Source of the DNA: Candidatus Aenigmatarchaeota archaeon
Lineage (GTDB): Archaea > Aenigmatarchaeota > Aenigmatarchaeia > CG10238-14
Direction: 5' to 3'
Assembly (NCBI GenBank): GCA_026414305.1
Contig: JAOAJH010000005.1
Coordinates: forward strand, 1,612-65,611
DNA: 64,000 nt
In this document: positions 38,966 to 48,687 of the stretch, piece by piece
Numbering within the stretch: the first letter of the stretch is position 1
Layout of the letters: each line of letters starts with the position of its first letter
The notes under the pieces: model-generated
The model's input: only the letters and a program-made list of their open reading frames with translations
The model's database searches: none
What the model was told of the DNA's origin: nothing
Position numbers and translations under genes: made by a program

Positions 38966-40947
38966 GTAACCAACCAATTCAACAATCTGTTTAAAATTAT
39001 ATTTCCATCTCCTGTTAGCTTTTCAGCTGAGCTTGCGCCAAACCATCCAACATAAGCATAATTTTCAGAAACAAACAAAGTTGATGATGAATGTTGCCCA
39101 GAATCGGCCAAATCTTTCACAGCTGACGAAAGTTGATAGTCAGGTATAACATTGAATTTTGCGTTTGTTATCACATTGACGCTGCCTGAATAGCCTGATG
39201 TTATTTGATCTGCTGTTGTGACATACATGGATTCTGATCTTGTCATTCCAACAAAGCTTCTTGTGTAGCCAAATCTGAATGATGCTTGAGCATAAGGCTG
39301 ATCAGCTATTTCCAAAAATGGAATGCCTTTTTTGTGAGCTGAAAAGGCAGGATGCGAGCCGTCTATTCTACACGCCTTTAATTCATCAGCACATACAATC
39401 AGCTTGTAATTAAGCAGCTCTTGCTCATTCCAAGACCAATAGCCTTTTGACTGCACAGTCCATCCTCTGCTCTCAATCCACTTTATCATGCTGTTTTCTA
39501 TTCCATAATTGCATGAATCATCCCTGCAGATGAATGCAATGTCTTTGTATATTGGAAGGTTTATTGAAAATGTGTATGCATATGTGCTCATTTCATTTCC
39601 ATACATATCCCTGCACTTGACATAAACATAATAAGTTCCGTTTGCCATTTCATAATTGATTTGATATTTGTGCAAAGGCTCATTGTCACTGAAAGCATAT
39701 TCCATTTCATTGAAAGGTTTGTCCTGATTTATTGAAAATCTGCAATAAGACTTTTCGTCTGTAGTTACCACCATAACAGGTCTTCGTGTGTTTATGCTGC
39801 CTTTTGGATAAACAGACAAAACTTGCGGTGGTTGCGAATCGACTTTGTCAGGCGTGCAGCTTGTTGTTCCGCATGCAAGCCAGTGAATTACTCTGTTTGC
39901 TATTATTGATCCTGCATCTGTCAATTCGCTAAAAGTTTTGTCATTAAACCAGCCGATGTAAGCATATCTGTTAGGTTGAGCTATGAACAAGTTTGCATTC
40001 CCATTTGTTGACAGTATTTTCACAGATGATGTAAGCTGATGGTCAGGTATTGCATTGAATCTCGATCCAATCAAAATCTTTTCATTGCTAAAACCATGAG
40101 TTATTTCATCATGAACTGCATTGAATTCATCGCTCGTTGTTGTTCCGATAAAGCTTCTTGTGTAGCCAAATCTGAATGCTGCTTGAGCATATGGGTGGTC
40201 TGCTATTTCCAAAAATGGAATGCCTTTTTTGTGAGCTGAAAAGGCAGGATGCGAGCCGTCTATTCTGCACGACATCAGCTCATCTGCGCATGCAATCAAC
40301 TTGTAATTAAGCAGCTCCTGCTCTGTCCAAGACCAATAGCCTTTTGCGTTCACAACCCATCCGTTTTCAGTTAAAAATTTGATTATTGACTGCTCCAAAC
40401 CATAGTTGCATTGATCTGTTCTGCATATAAAGGCAATGTTTCCAAACCTTTGCCCTCCTTTGAATGTCAAGGTTGTTGAATAAGCGGGATTTCTTCCAAA
40501 CAAATCTTGCTTTGTTATTGCAGAAACGTTCAATGTGTAAACGCCCTCTGGCCAGTCATACAGCCATCTTATTTTTACCGTCATAATTCCAGAAGTGAAA
40601 CCGTATCCATAACCCCAGTTGTTGCCATTGTCATGCATATAGCCGTAGCTTTGATCCAGCTGCGAAAGCTCAACTGAAATGAATCTGCTGTCCTGGCAAA
40701 CTGGGTTGCTGATATCAAACTCGCATGAAGATTGCTCACCGTTGCCAAATATTGTTATGTTTATTTTCTCTATAGGAACCAATTCATCCCCTATGTTTAT
40801 TGCTGTGTTAATGGTTACAACTTCGTTCGGAAAATAAATGTTCTTGTTTGTCCTTGCTTCAATTTCCAAAGCTTTTGAATTTGAAGAAAAAACTAATAGC
40901 AATATTAAAACAGCTGTAAGCGTTAGTGTAAAAGAATTTTTGTTCAT
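38962..40947 (-). CDS. Secreted protein with an N-terminal GYGYG-containing domain and two tandem ~300-aa repeats
   Basis: Signal peptide. Internal duplication IAFICR(T/D)D(Q/S)CNYG(L/I)E...SHPAFSAHKKGIPFLEIAD...RFGYTRSF appears twice. The N-terminal domain is homologous to that of 59668-60939. Confidence 0.55.
   Translation of the reverse strand: MNKNSFTLTLTAVLILLLVFSSNSKALEIEARTNKNIYFPNEVVTINTAINIGDELVPIEKINITIFGNGEQSSCEFDISNPVCQDSRFISVELSQLDQSYGYMHDNGNNWGYGYGFTSGIMTVKIRWLYDWPEGVYTLNVSAITKQDLFGRNPAYSTTLTFKGGQRFGNIAFICRTDQCNYGLEQSIIKFLTENGWVVNAKGYWSWTEQELLNYKLIACADELMSCRIDGSHPAFSAHKKGIPFLEIADHPYAQAAFRFGYTRSFIGTTTSDEFNAVHDEITHGFSNEKILIGSRFNAIPDHQLTSSVKILSTNGNANLFIAQPNRYAYIGWFNDKTFSELTDAGSIIANRVIHWLACGTTSCTPDKVDSQPPQVLSVYPKGSINTRRPVMVVTTDEKSYCRFSINQDKPFNEMEYAFSDNEPLHKYQINYEMANGTYYVYVKCRDMYGNEMSTYAYTFSINLPIYKDIAFICRDDSCNYGIENSMIKWIESRGWTVQSKGYWSWNEQELLNYKLIVCADELKACRIDGSHPAFSAHKKGIPFLEIADQPYAQASFRFGYTRSFVGMTRSESMYVTTADQITSGYSGSVNVITNAKFNVIPDYQLSSAVKDLADSGQHSSSTLFVSENYAYVGWFGASSAEKLTGDGNIILNRLLNWLVT
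39250..39475. repeat. Near-identical DNA core of the intragenic duplication (copy A)
   Basis: About 220 bp almost identical to 40150-40372, e.g. ccaaaaatggaatgccttttttgtgagctgaaaaggcaggatgcgagccgtctattct. Confidence 0.6.
40150..40372. repeat. Near-identical DNA core of the intragenic duplication (copy B)
   Basis: See copy A. The offset is about 900 bp. Confidence 0.6.
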
Positions 40948-41085
40948 TCAGGTCACTTCTGCCGCAACAGAATAATAATATTTGTCTTTTCTTGAATAAA
41001 AATCATTATAAGACTACTTTGAAATAATTCTAATCTGTTATATCAGTAAATTTTCTATAAGATATACATTGGGTTTTTTGTGAAT

Positions 41086-41847
41086 CTATTTTACTTTGAT
41101 TACCTGATAATATCTACTTTGATCTATTTCACCATATAAAACATAAAAATTTAGATTATTCCCCCTATGAGCAACTCTTTCGCCATGTGATTTTCCATAT
41201 TGGGCTGAGATGTGACCTATTTTTATTATTTCACGAACACCGTCTTTTTCCACAATTGCGTAAACAGGCATGCCGCTGTCACCCATACCAAAATAATTGT
41301 ATCTTTTTTCTATGACAATCTTTTTTGCTTTGCCGGTTAACTCTGGTACATGAAAGCCGACATAGGTTTCATTTCCTTTTTTTGCCAAAAAAGCCGCATT
41401 CATCCTTTTGAAAAAAGAGTTTTCATTTATCCTGTATGGAGTTGGGATTTCAATTGAAAACACGCTCAAGTCACTTAAATCCAGATTATCAATTTCATAT
41501 ATTGGGTTTGTGTAGCTGAAAACTCCTATTATATTGTCTGAAAGCTCCTCTATTTGGGGTAACTCCAATCTCTGCAGCTCTCCATTATAAAAACTAACTG
41601 AATAATCTATTATTGCAGCTTCTGAAAAGCAGTGCCTTATTGTTTGCAGTTGTCCATCAACTAATTCCCCAGAACATATCCTGTCTCCTGAAACAAAAAT
41701 GGTCACAACATCATTCTGTGCTGTAATTGGTATTGCTTCTGATGATGGTGCTTGGAGCAAATATAAAGAGTAACCTAGCACGCACGTTGCAAAAAACATT
41801 CTCAATCCTTTTGATACCATTTTTACCTGTTTTATATGAAATAGCAA
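41086..41847 (-). CDS. Secreted trypsin-like (S1 family) serine peptidase
   Basis: Signal peptide. GDSGMPV (GDSGxP serine motif), HCFSEAA histidine region and a candidate Asp. Confidence 0.5.
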   Translation of the reverse strand: MLFHIKQVKMVSKGLRMFFATCVLGYSLYLLQAPSSEAIPITAQNDVVTIFVSGDRICSGELVDGQLQTIRHCFSEAAIIDYSVSFYNGELQRLELPQIEELSDNIIGVFSYTNPIYEIDNLDLSDLSVFSIEIPTPYRINENSFFKRMNAAFLAKKGNETYVGFHVPELTGKAKKIVIEKRYNYFGMGDSGMPVYAIVEKDGVREIIKIGHISAQYGKSHGERVAHRGNNLNFYVLYGEIDQSRYYQVIKVK

Positions 41848-41981
41848 ATTTTTTATACTATTCGGTTTACAGAAATCAAAGGTTGAAAAAGATGAAATTT
41901 ATGATTTGAGATGGTTTTATGATGCTTTTTCATGATTCGGCTGGCATAAAAATTTAAAAATCATGAAGATTATTTTGATTT

Positions 41982-42875
41982 ATGAATCGATTTTATGCCA
42001 TTGTGCTTGTTGCTTTTTTGATTATGCCTTTTGCATATGCTGCAGAAGAGGTTTATACAAGCCTTTACATGCTCAACCTTGGCAGGTTTGACATATCAAC
42101 AGGCTCTTTCACTGCTGATTTTTACTTGACATTGGAATGCGAGAAAAGCTGCCCGAAAATTGACTTTGAGTTCATGAACGGCAGGGCCAGTAGCTTTGAA
42201 AAGCTCATAGACCAGCCTGGGTTGAAGTCATACAGAATTCAAGCCAACCTTGTGAGCCCAATAGACTTGAAGAAATTCCCTTTTGACAACCAGACTTTGT
42301 AGATAATAATTGAAGATAAGGAAAAGACAAGGGATGAGATAATATTTGTGCCAAAGTTAAACGAAAGCGGAATAGATCCTTCAATAGTTTTTATTGGATG
42401 GGAGATGGGAGGATGGAATGCTTATGAAAAGGAGCATTATTATGATGTATATGACGAAAGCTATTCCCAATATGTGTTTGAAATTCCCATACACAGAATA
42501 AAAATAAACGCGATTTTCAAGACATTTCTGCCCATAACATTCATAGTGCTTATAATGCTCTCAAGCTTTGTTCTTGATCCTGACAAGATAACAACAAGGC
42601 TTGCAATGGTCGGCTCTGCCTTGGTTGCCTCTGTTATGTTCCACGCCTCTATTTCAAAACAGATTCCGCCTGTAAGCTATCTCACTTTCATTGACAAGTT
42701 CATGATACTGACGTATTTCATAACACTGATGAGCTTTGTGTTCAATGTTTTCATGCTTGAGATGCACGAGGAGAAAAAGGAAAAGGTTGTGGCAAGGCTT
42801 CACAAATACACAGAATTCACAATGTTTCTGCTAGTGCCGTTGCTTTATGCGCTTTTGTTTTTGCTGTTTTTGTGA
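41982..42875 (+). pseudogene. Prokaryotic pentameric ligand-gated ion channel (Cys-loop superfamily, GLIC/ELIC-like) interrupted by one in-frame TAG
   Basis: FPFDNQTL-TAG(42300-42302)-IIIEDKEK lies exactly where GLIC has YPFDSQTLHIYLIV. Downstream in the same frame are M1 with Pro (FLPITFIVLI), M2 and the post-M2 IPPVSYLTFIDKFM matching LPkVSYvkaiDiwm, then M3 and M4. Confidence 0.6.
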
Positions 42876-42933
42876 AATGCAGAAATAGTTTGAAAATTAT
42901 AAATTATATAAATCTTATTTTTATATAGGGATT

Positions 42934-43179
42934 ATGGTTGAGGCTGAATTTGCTTCGTTTAGCGATGACGCAAAATGGTTTTATGAAAATTTTGAAGCAA
43001 TACAAAAAAAGTATTCTGGAAAATTTGTTGCTGTTTTAAAAGAGAATGAAAATAGGTTAATAGAGGCGGAAAGCAGCTTTGAAATGTTGCTTAAAAAACT
43101 AAAGAAAAAAGGCATTGATCCAGCAAAAACATTCATAGAGTTTGTTCATAAAAAAGGGGCTAGAATTATATTGTATTGA
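42934..43179 (+). CDS. Small hypothetical protein (81 aa)
   Basis: Coupled by a 4-nt overlap to the retropepsin-like gene. Confidence 0.35.
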   Translation: MVEAEFASFSDDAKWFYENFEAIQKKYSGKFVAVLKENENRLIEAESSFEMLLKKLKKKGIDPAKTFIEFVHKKGARIILY

Positions 43180-43637
43180 CGTGGTTTTTGATGAGGATTC
43201 GTCTTGAAACAGATGAATTTTTAATGCCATCATTAATTGGTACCATTAGATCAAAAAAATACCACATTTATGGTTTTGTAAAGTTTATTGTCGACACAGG
43301 CAGCAACTACACTGATATAGGTGAAAGAGATGCTTTAAGATTGAACATACCATTCAACAGGATAAAGAAGCTCGAAGAAAGTACAAGACTAGGTGGCACA
43401 AAATGGAATGACTATGAACTTAAAGATGTTTCTTTGGTTGTAAAAGATGAAAACGGAAATAGGGTGGAATTGACATTTGATAGCATAGGTGTTAGGAAAT
43501 GCAGTAAGAGCAAAAATGTAGAAATGGAAAGAGCAATGGAAATGCCATCTATAATTGGCAATGATTTTCTTCATAAAAACAAATTAGCCCTTTATCATGA
43601 CCCTTTTCGCAAGGTTTCATATTTGGAAAGAATTTGA
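43176..43637 (+). CDS. Retropepsin-like (clan AA) aspartic peptidase
   Basis: FIVDTGSNYTDIG carries the DTG(S/A) catalytic motif, and the C-terminal IIGNDFL matches the retropepsin ILGxDFL motif. Confidence 0.5.
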   Translation: MTWFLMRIRLETDEFLMPSLIGTIRSKKYHIYGFVKFIVDTGSNYTDIGERDALRLNIPFNRIKKLEESTRLGGTKWNDYELKDVSLVVKDENGNRVELTFDSIGVRKCSKSKNVEMERAMEMPSIIGNDFLHKNKLALYHDPFRKVSYLERI

Positions 43638-44156
43638 TATATTTACTACTAAATAGTAATATTTATATATAAAAAACATATAATTATTATGCCTATAAGA
43701 GATTCATCATCCATCTTGAAAGATGGACCAAAAAAAGGTGACATATACACCGAAAATGTTATTGATGAAGTTAAAAGAAATAACCCAAATCTAGTTTTAC
43801 TGATGTTTCAATATATAGCAACAGGTGCTGCAGAAATATATTCATTACCAGGAACTATCACAACAGCTTAAGTTATCATTGCGTTCAATAGCATGCAGAA
43901 GTGGTTTGAATCCAAGTGAAACAGATTTGGAAGTCGCTGCTGCAGGTGTAATTAAAAAAGAAAATGTCGAAAGTTATGATAGAGATATAAATTTCACCCT
44001 TTTTAAATATTATCTCGGGCTTGGCTTCAGAGGTAGTTTATCTACGGCCATATATTATGGCCTAAATCTTTTGACAGATGGAAGGTTGTCAGCGCAAGTT
44101 AGTAGCATCCTAAACAACATAGGGATTTATATACGTTAATTTAATTTTTTACTGGT

Positions 44157-44837
44157 ATGAAATTTCCGAGAACTCCACATGTATATGCTGAATATTCTGG
44201 ACTTGATGTAGACGATTTAAGATATTCTTCTGAAGAGTCGGATGAGATGCTTAGAGGAAAATATGTTGTTTTAACTGAAAAAATTGATGGAACAAATGTA
44301 AGTATAAAAACCTTGCCGGAATTAGAAATAAAATTTAGAGGAAATCCGACAGAGGGCTATGAATTCTCGCTTCTTAAAAATTGGTTTTACACGAATCTTG
44401 ATAATCTGAAACAACATTTAGGTGAACTTGTTGCCTTTGGTGAATGGGTATATCTTGTACATACTATAAAATACACAAAACTACCGCATTATCTGATAAT
44501 GTTCGACCTTTTTGATAATGATAGGGGTTTTCTTTCATATGATAAAGTTATAGAAATGGCAAACAATCTAAATCTTCCTTATGCACCAATATTATACGAG
44601 GGTATATATCCTGGATTTGAATTTTTACAAAGTTTGCTTAAAAGAAAATCTGAATATGGTGACGAAAACATAGAAGGTGTTTATGGGAGAATACAGGAAA
44701 ATGGATTGACAACATTTAGGTTCAAGTTTGTAAATCCCAAATTTAGAGAAGCTGTAAATAAAAGTACTCATTGGAAAAAAAGGCAACCTGAAGTTCAAGG
44801 ATTGAAAATAAGCTTGGACGAATTGTTTAAGATATAA
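44157..44837 (+). CDS. Compact ATP-dependent RNA/DNA ligase-like nucleotidyltransferase
   Basis: Motif I EKIDGTN (KxDG), motif III-like FGEWVY, motif IV-like EGVYGRI and motif V-like RFKFVNPKF. Confidence 0.45.
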   Translation: MKFPRTPHVYAEYSGLDVDDLRYSSEESDEMLRGKYVVLTEKIDGTNVSIKTLPELEIKFRGNPTEGYEFSLLKNWFYTNLDNLKQHLGELVAFGEWVYLVHTIKYTKLPHYLIMFDLFDNDRGFLSYDKVIEMANNLNLPYAPILYEGIYPGFEFLQSLLKRKSEYGDENIEGVYGRIQENGLTTFRFKFVNPKFREAVNKSTHWKKRQPEVQGLKISLDELFKI

Positions 44838-44843
44838 TAAAAT

Positions 44844-45143
44844 TTATTTCTTGAATTTTTGTCTTTTGAAAATTTTTTCCCTGTTTATTATGATTAATGG
44901 GATTGATGTTAGCAGGATTATCAGTAATGACACATTCAGTATGTTTATCTTCATCTTGAAAAGGAAATTGAAATAGAAAACAACCAAAGGAACAAGGGCT
45001 ATTGATAAACCAAATGACAATGCTACCCTCTCCAAAGCATCTATTTCATTTTTCTTGAAAAACACATATGACCATGCAAAGCCTGGCAAGAACAAAACAA
45101 AAATGCTACCAAAAATTATTCTCGCTATTTCTATTATTTCCAT
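44844..45143 (-). CDS. Small hypothetical membrane protein (99 aa, 3 TM)
   Basis: Hydrophobic segments. Convergent with the ligase-like gene. Confidence 0.3.
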   Translation of the reverse strand: MEIIEIARIIFGSIFVLFLPGFAWSYVFFKKNEIDALERVALSFGLSIALVPLVVFYFNFLFKMKINILNVSLLIILLTSIPLIIINREKIFKRQKFKK

Positions 45144-45185
45144 GAATTAAAATATTCCAGAAAGTTTTTAAATGTTTGCGAAAAA

Positions 45186-48089
45186 TCAGCACACATATTC
45201 CATGACTCGGTGAAAATCATCTTCATATGCAGATGCAAAGCAGCTGTTGTTAAATTTTTCCATGTTTTGTATGTTGTTTCTTTGCTTTGCTATGAAAACA
45301 TACAATGGTTTTTCATAAACATCCAAAAGAGGTTTTATCTCGTCAAAGCTGGATGCTGACCAGTATTTTTGCCACTGATCAAAATACCATTTATTGTGCT
45401 CAAATATGCCAGGTGCTATTGCTTTTCTGTCTGAATAGCCTAAAATCCATGGAGAATAATAGCTTGATGGAATAATTATATAGCTGTCTTTCTTTGTTGA
45501 TGCCGAAGCAGTTTTTATTGAATTTATTTCATTTTCATTCAGCAAAGGATTTAATGATGATGCATAACTGAAAGCAAGCCATGCGGATGACAAAATCAAT
45601 ATAATAATTATAAACAATTTCAAGTGATATTGCTTTATTGACAAGATGCTGTGGTAAATGCCTGCTGCGGCCAATATTGTTATTGCGAGATCAAAGTTTG
45701 TGAGAAAGCGGTTGAAGAAAAACAATTCTGCGAATATTATTATGCCTGAAACAAACGCCCATATAAACAGCAGGTTAATTTTCTTCTGCTTAATCATATA
45801 GTGAAAGGCAAATGGCAAATATGCTAGCGAAACGATCCTGAAATATGTTGGAGAGAAAAATGTTCCGCCCGCTGTTGGCGAGGAAATGTTTTTTATCAAT
45901 GATGAAAATGTGTCAATTATTATCATGTTGAATCTCGGCAAGTAAATAATCGTCAATAGAAATGATGTTGTTATCATGCTTTTCAGATAAAATCTTTTTG
46001 TTGCAATGCTGTTTACAATCCACACTATTGCTAAAATGAGAAAGGTCGGTCTGTGATAAAATCCTGTTGCTGTCGCAAAAATAACAGCAAGAAATTGGTT
46101 TTTGTCTATGAAAACAAAAAACAAAAGCATTGTTGTTATTGCTATGATGTTTTTGTAATACATGTAGCTGAATGTTGCCAGCTGTGTGTATGACAATGAG
46201 AATATGATGCATGCTATGGCTGCTATTGTTGGGTTGAAATGTTTTTTTGCAAGCATGTATATTGGGAATATTGAAAGAGATGAGAAAAGGATTAAAAGTG
46301 GGATTAAAAGATGTTCGGTTGAAAAGCCGAAAATGTATAGCAAGTCAGCAAGCACAAACAACCCTTGCTCGTGTGATGACCTTATCCATTTTTCAAGCTG
46401 TTGTTCTGGAATGTCAGGAAGGCTTGCCATGTATTTTTCAAAGACATATTTGTATATGCCTGTGTCATATCCTAGCGGTATGTGGTTGCTAATATAAGGA
46501 ATTGATCTTAATGCTATTGCTATGAAAAATGAGATTGCAACTAGCGCGTAAACATGACCTTTGGATAAATTGAATTTGGATTTTTCATTGAATAATATCA
46601 ATCCTGCTGCAACAGCGGGGATGAAGATTAGCGCAAATATGTTTTGAAATATTTTTGGTGAAAGTATTGATGCTAGCAAAACTGCTGCTGCGTAAAGCAA
46701 CAAAACAATCTTTGCAGCAATTTGTAAATTGATTTTTGGAGGTTTTGGGATGTTAAAAATTTTCAGCCATATCAAAACGCCAAAGTATGCTGTTAAAGCT
46801 ATTCCATATTTTACAGGCAGCAACAGCAAATCTACTTTGATGATCAATGATAATGAAAGCATAAGTGCTGAAGCGACTAAAAATTTAAAGAAAAGATTAA
46901 GACTGAATATTTTGTAAAGCTTTCTTGTTGATGCAAAGCTTGCGGCAAAACCGAACAATGCTGAAAGTAGTGTTGCAAAAGCTGCACCTTTTATGTCATA
47001 TATTGGTATTAGCAAGTGATTCAGCAACACAGACAAAAGTATGATTGCTATTCCTATCAGTGCTGTTGTCTTTTGCTTGTAAACAGCGTTCAGTATTGTG
47101 TTGAAAAATGCGAACAATGTGAAGATGCTGTAAGCCAATATCAATATTGCCAAAGGCTGCGATGCCTGCTGGTAGGAAGATGGATAAAACACTTTCACTA
47201 TTGATGATGCGTCTGCAAATATTGCTATTGTTATCGGTATCAGAATGATCATCAGATATTTAAGAGATTTTTTTATGTGGGTTTCGCTCTGCTTGTCGTT
47301 TGAAGAAACCAAAGGAAAGATGACTGTGCTAAAGCCTGCTAGCAGAAAAGTTGGTATTTTTGCTATGTTCAAAGCCGCTGTGTAATATCCTGCTTTTGCT
47401 GGATCCTGAGTTATTCTTTGAAGCAACAGCAAATCAACTGACTGGAAAAGAGTTATAAGCAAGCTGTAAATTGTTATTGGTATTGCATATTCAATTATTC
47501 TTTTCATTGGAGTGTTGCCTTTGTTTGAGATTGATCTGGAAGCTATGGCTATGCCAGCTAAAGCTGCAATGGCATATCCTATTATAGCGCCTTTCAAGGA
47601 AAAGAAAAAGGCTAGGGCAAAAACAGATGCTATTTTTGCTATTGAGTATGCGATTGAGGCAAAAGATTGCTGCTTGAAAAGCTTTCTTCCGTTCAAATGG
47701 GATGTTGTTACTGCGTAAACAGCATACAAAGGAAAGACTAGGGCAGATATTGGTATGTATGCCTTCAGTTGATCGTTTTTAAGGAATGATGATATCTGGC
47801 TTGACAAGGCTATGTATAATGCTGAAATTATTATTGAGATGGAAAGCTGGAATAGAATTATCTTTTTTATTGCTATCTGCTTTTCTGAGGTGAATTTTGA
47901 TGTCGCAGCGGCTATGCCTGATGTCAGCAGAATGTTGATGGTTGACTGGAAAGCGAGTATTATGCCCAGCATACCATAAAGGCTTGGGTCAAGCATTCTT
48001 GCCAAGCCAAAGTGGATGACATAGCCTGAAAGAATGAAGACTATTTGGGCTATTGTTATGTAAGCAGTGTTTTTTATGAGATCGTTCAT
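45186..48089 (-). CDS. 967-aa fusion of an N-terminal MOP/Wzx-like oligosaccharide flippase domain (about 12 TM) and a C-terminal polytopic membrane domain (polymerase- or GT-C-like)
   Basis: The N-terminal ~480 aa has Wzx-like topology and composition. A second block of about 10 TM helices plus a soluble C-terminus follows. Confidence 0.55.
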   Translation of the reverse strand: MNDLIKNTAYITIAQIVFILSGYVIHFGLARMLDPSLYGMLGIILAFQSTINILLTSGIAAATSKFTSEKQIAIKKIILFQLSISIIISALYIALSSQISSFLKNDQLKAYIPISALVFPLYAVYAVTTSHLNGRKLFKQQSFASIAYSIAKIASVFALAFFFSLKGAIIGYAIAALAGIAIASRSISNKGNTPMKRIIEYAIPITIYSLLITLFQSVDLLLLQRITQDPAKAGYYTAALNIAKIPTFLLAGFSTVIFPLVSSNDKQSETHIKKSLKYLMIILIPITIAIFADASSIVKVFYPSSYQQASQPLAILILAYSIFTLFAFFNTILNAVYKQKTTALIGIAIILLSVLLNHLLIPIYDIKGAAFATLLSALFGFAASFASTRKLYKIFSLNLFFKFLVASALMLSLSLIIKVDLLLLPVKYGIALTAYFGVLIWLKIFNIPKPPKINLQIAAKIVLLLYAAAVLLASILSPKIFQNIFALIFIPAVAAGLILFNEKSKFNLSKGHVYALVAISFFIAIALRSIPYISNHIPLGYDTGIYKYVFEKYMASLPDIPEQQLEKWIRSSHEQGLFVLADLLYIFGFSTEHLLIPLLILFSSLSIFPIYMLAKKHFNPTIAAIACIIFSLSYTQLATFSYMYYKNIIAITTMLLFFVFIDKNQFLAVIFATATGFYHRPTFLILAIVWIVNSIATKRFYLKSMITTSFLLTIIYLPRFNMIIIDTFSSLIKNISSPTAGGTFFSPTYFRIVSLAYLPFAFHYMIKQKKINLLFIWAFVSGIIIFAELFFFNRFLTNFDLAITILAAAGIYHSILSIKQYHLKLFIIIILILSSAWLAFSYASSLNPLLNENEINSIKTASASTKKDSYIIIPSSYYSPWILGYSDRKAIAPGIFEHNKWYFDQWQKYWSASSFDEIKPLLDVYEKPLYVFIAKQRNNIQNMEKFNNSCFASAYEDDFHRVMEYVC

Positions 48090-48177
48090 TTTACCCTGAA
48101 ATTTAGTATTTGAGAATAGATTTAAAAGAGTGATTGGGTTTGCTTATATGGAATTGGTTTAAAAGTGTTTGTGTTAA

Positions 48178-48639
48178 TTGTTTTTCATGAAAGCTTTGGA
48201 TTTGGGAACAGGTGACGGAAGATATCTGCTTGAGCTGGCTAGGCTAGGATACTATGCAATAGGTGTTGACAAGAGAAGCTGGCCTGTTGATGATGATGTG
48301 GCTAGATCAATCAGCGATGGTAGGATAAAAATAGAGGTTGCCGATGCACTTGATTATTTGAGGTCTTGTACTGATAGATTTGACCTTGTCAGCGTTAGAT
48401 ATCCGGACGAGCTTGGATATTACATTTATTTTACCAGTCTGACAGACTCTTTTGAATTTTTGAATCAGGTTTACAGGGTTTTGAAAAATGATGGGATCTT
48501 CCTAGTTGTTTCCAGGCAAGATGATTATCCTTATGATGATGTTGTAAAGGCTGTTGAATGGACTGGACTTTTCAGGAAGGATGAATTGAAGGTTGATGAA
48601 TTGAGAAATTATGAGTTAAGATTTAAAAAATGCGTTTAG
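48178..48639 (+). CDS. Class I SAM-dependent methyltransferase (small)
   Basis: Motif I ALDLGTGDGRYLLELARLGYYAIGVDK. Confidence 0.6.
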   Translation: MFFMKALDLGTGDGRYLLELARLGYYAIGVDKRSWPVDDDVARSISDGRIKIEVADALDYLRSCTDRFDLVSVRYPDELGYYIYFTSLTDSFEFLNQVYRVLKNDGIFLVVSRQDDYPYDDVVKAVEWTGLFRKDELKVDELRNYELRFKKCV

Positions 48640-48687
48640 GAAGGATGGTTTCTATAGATATTGCAAGGTTGTATTGGGTTTACTTTT

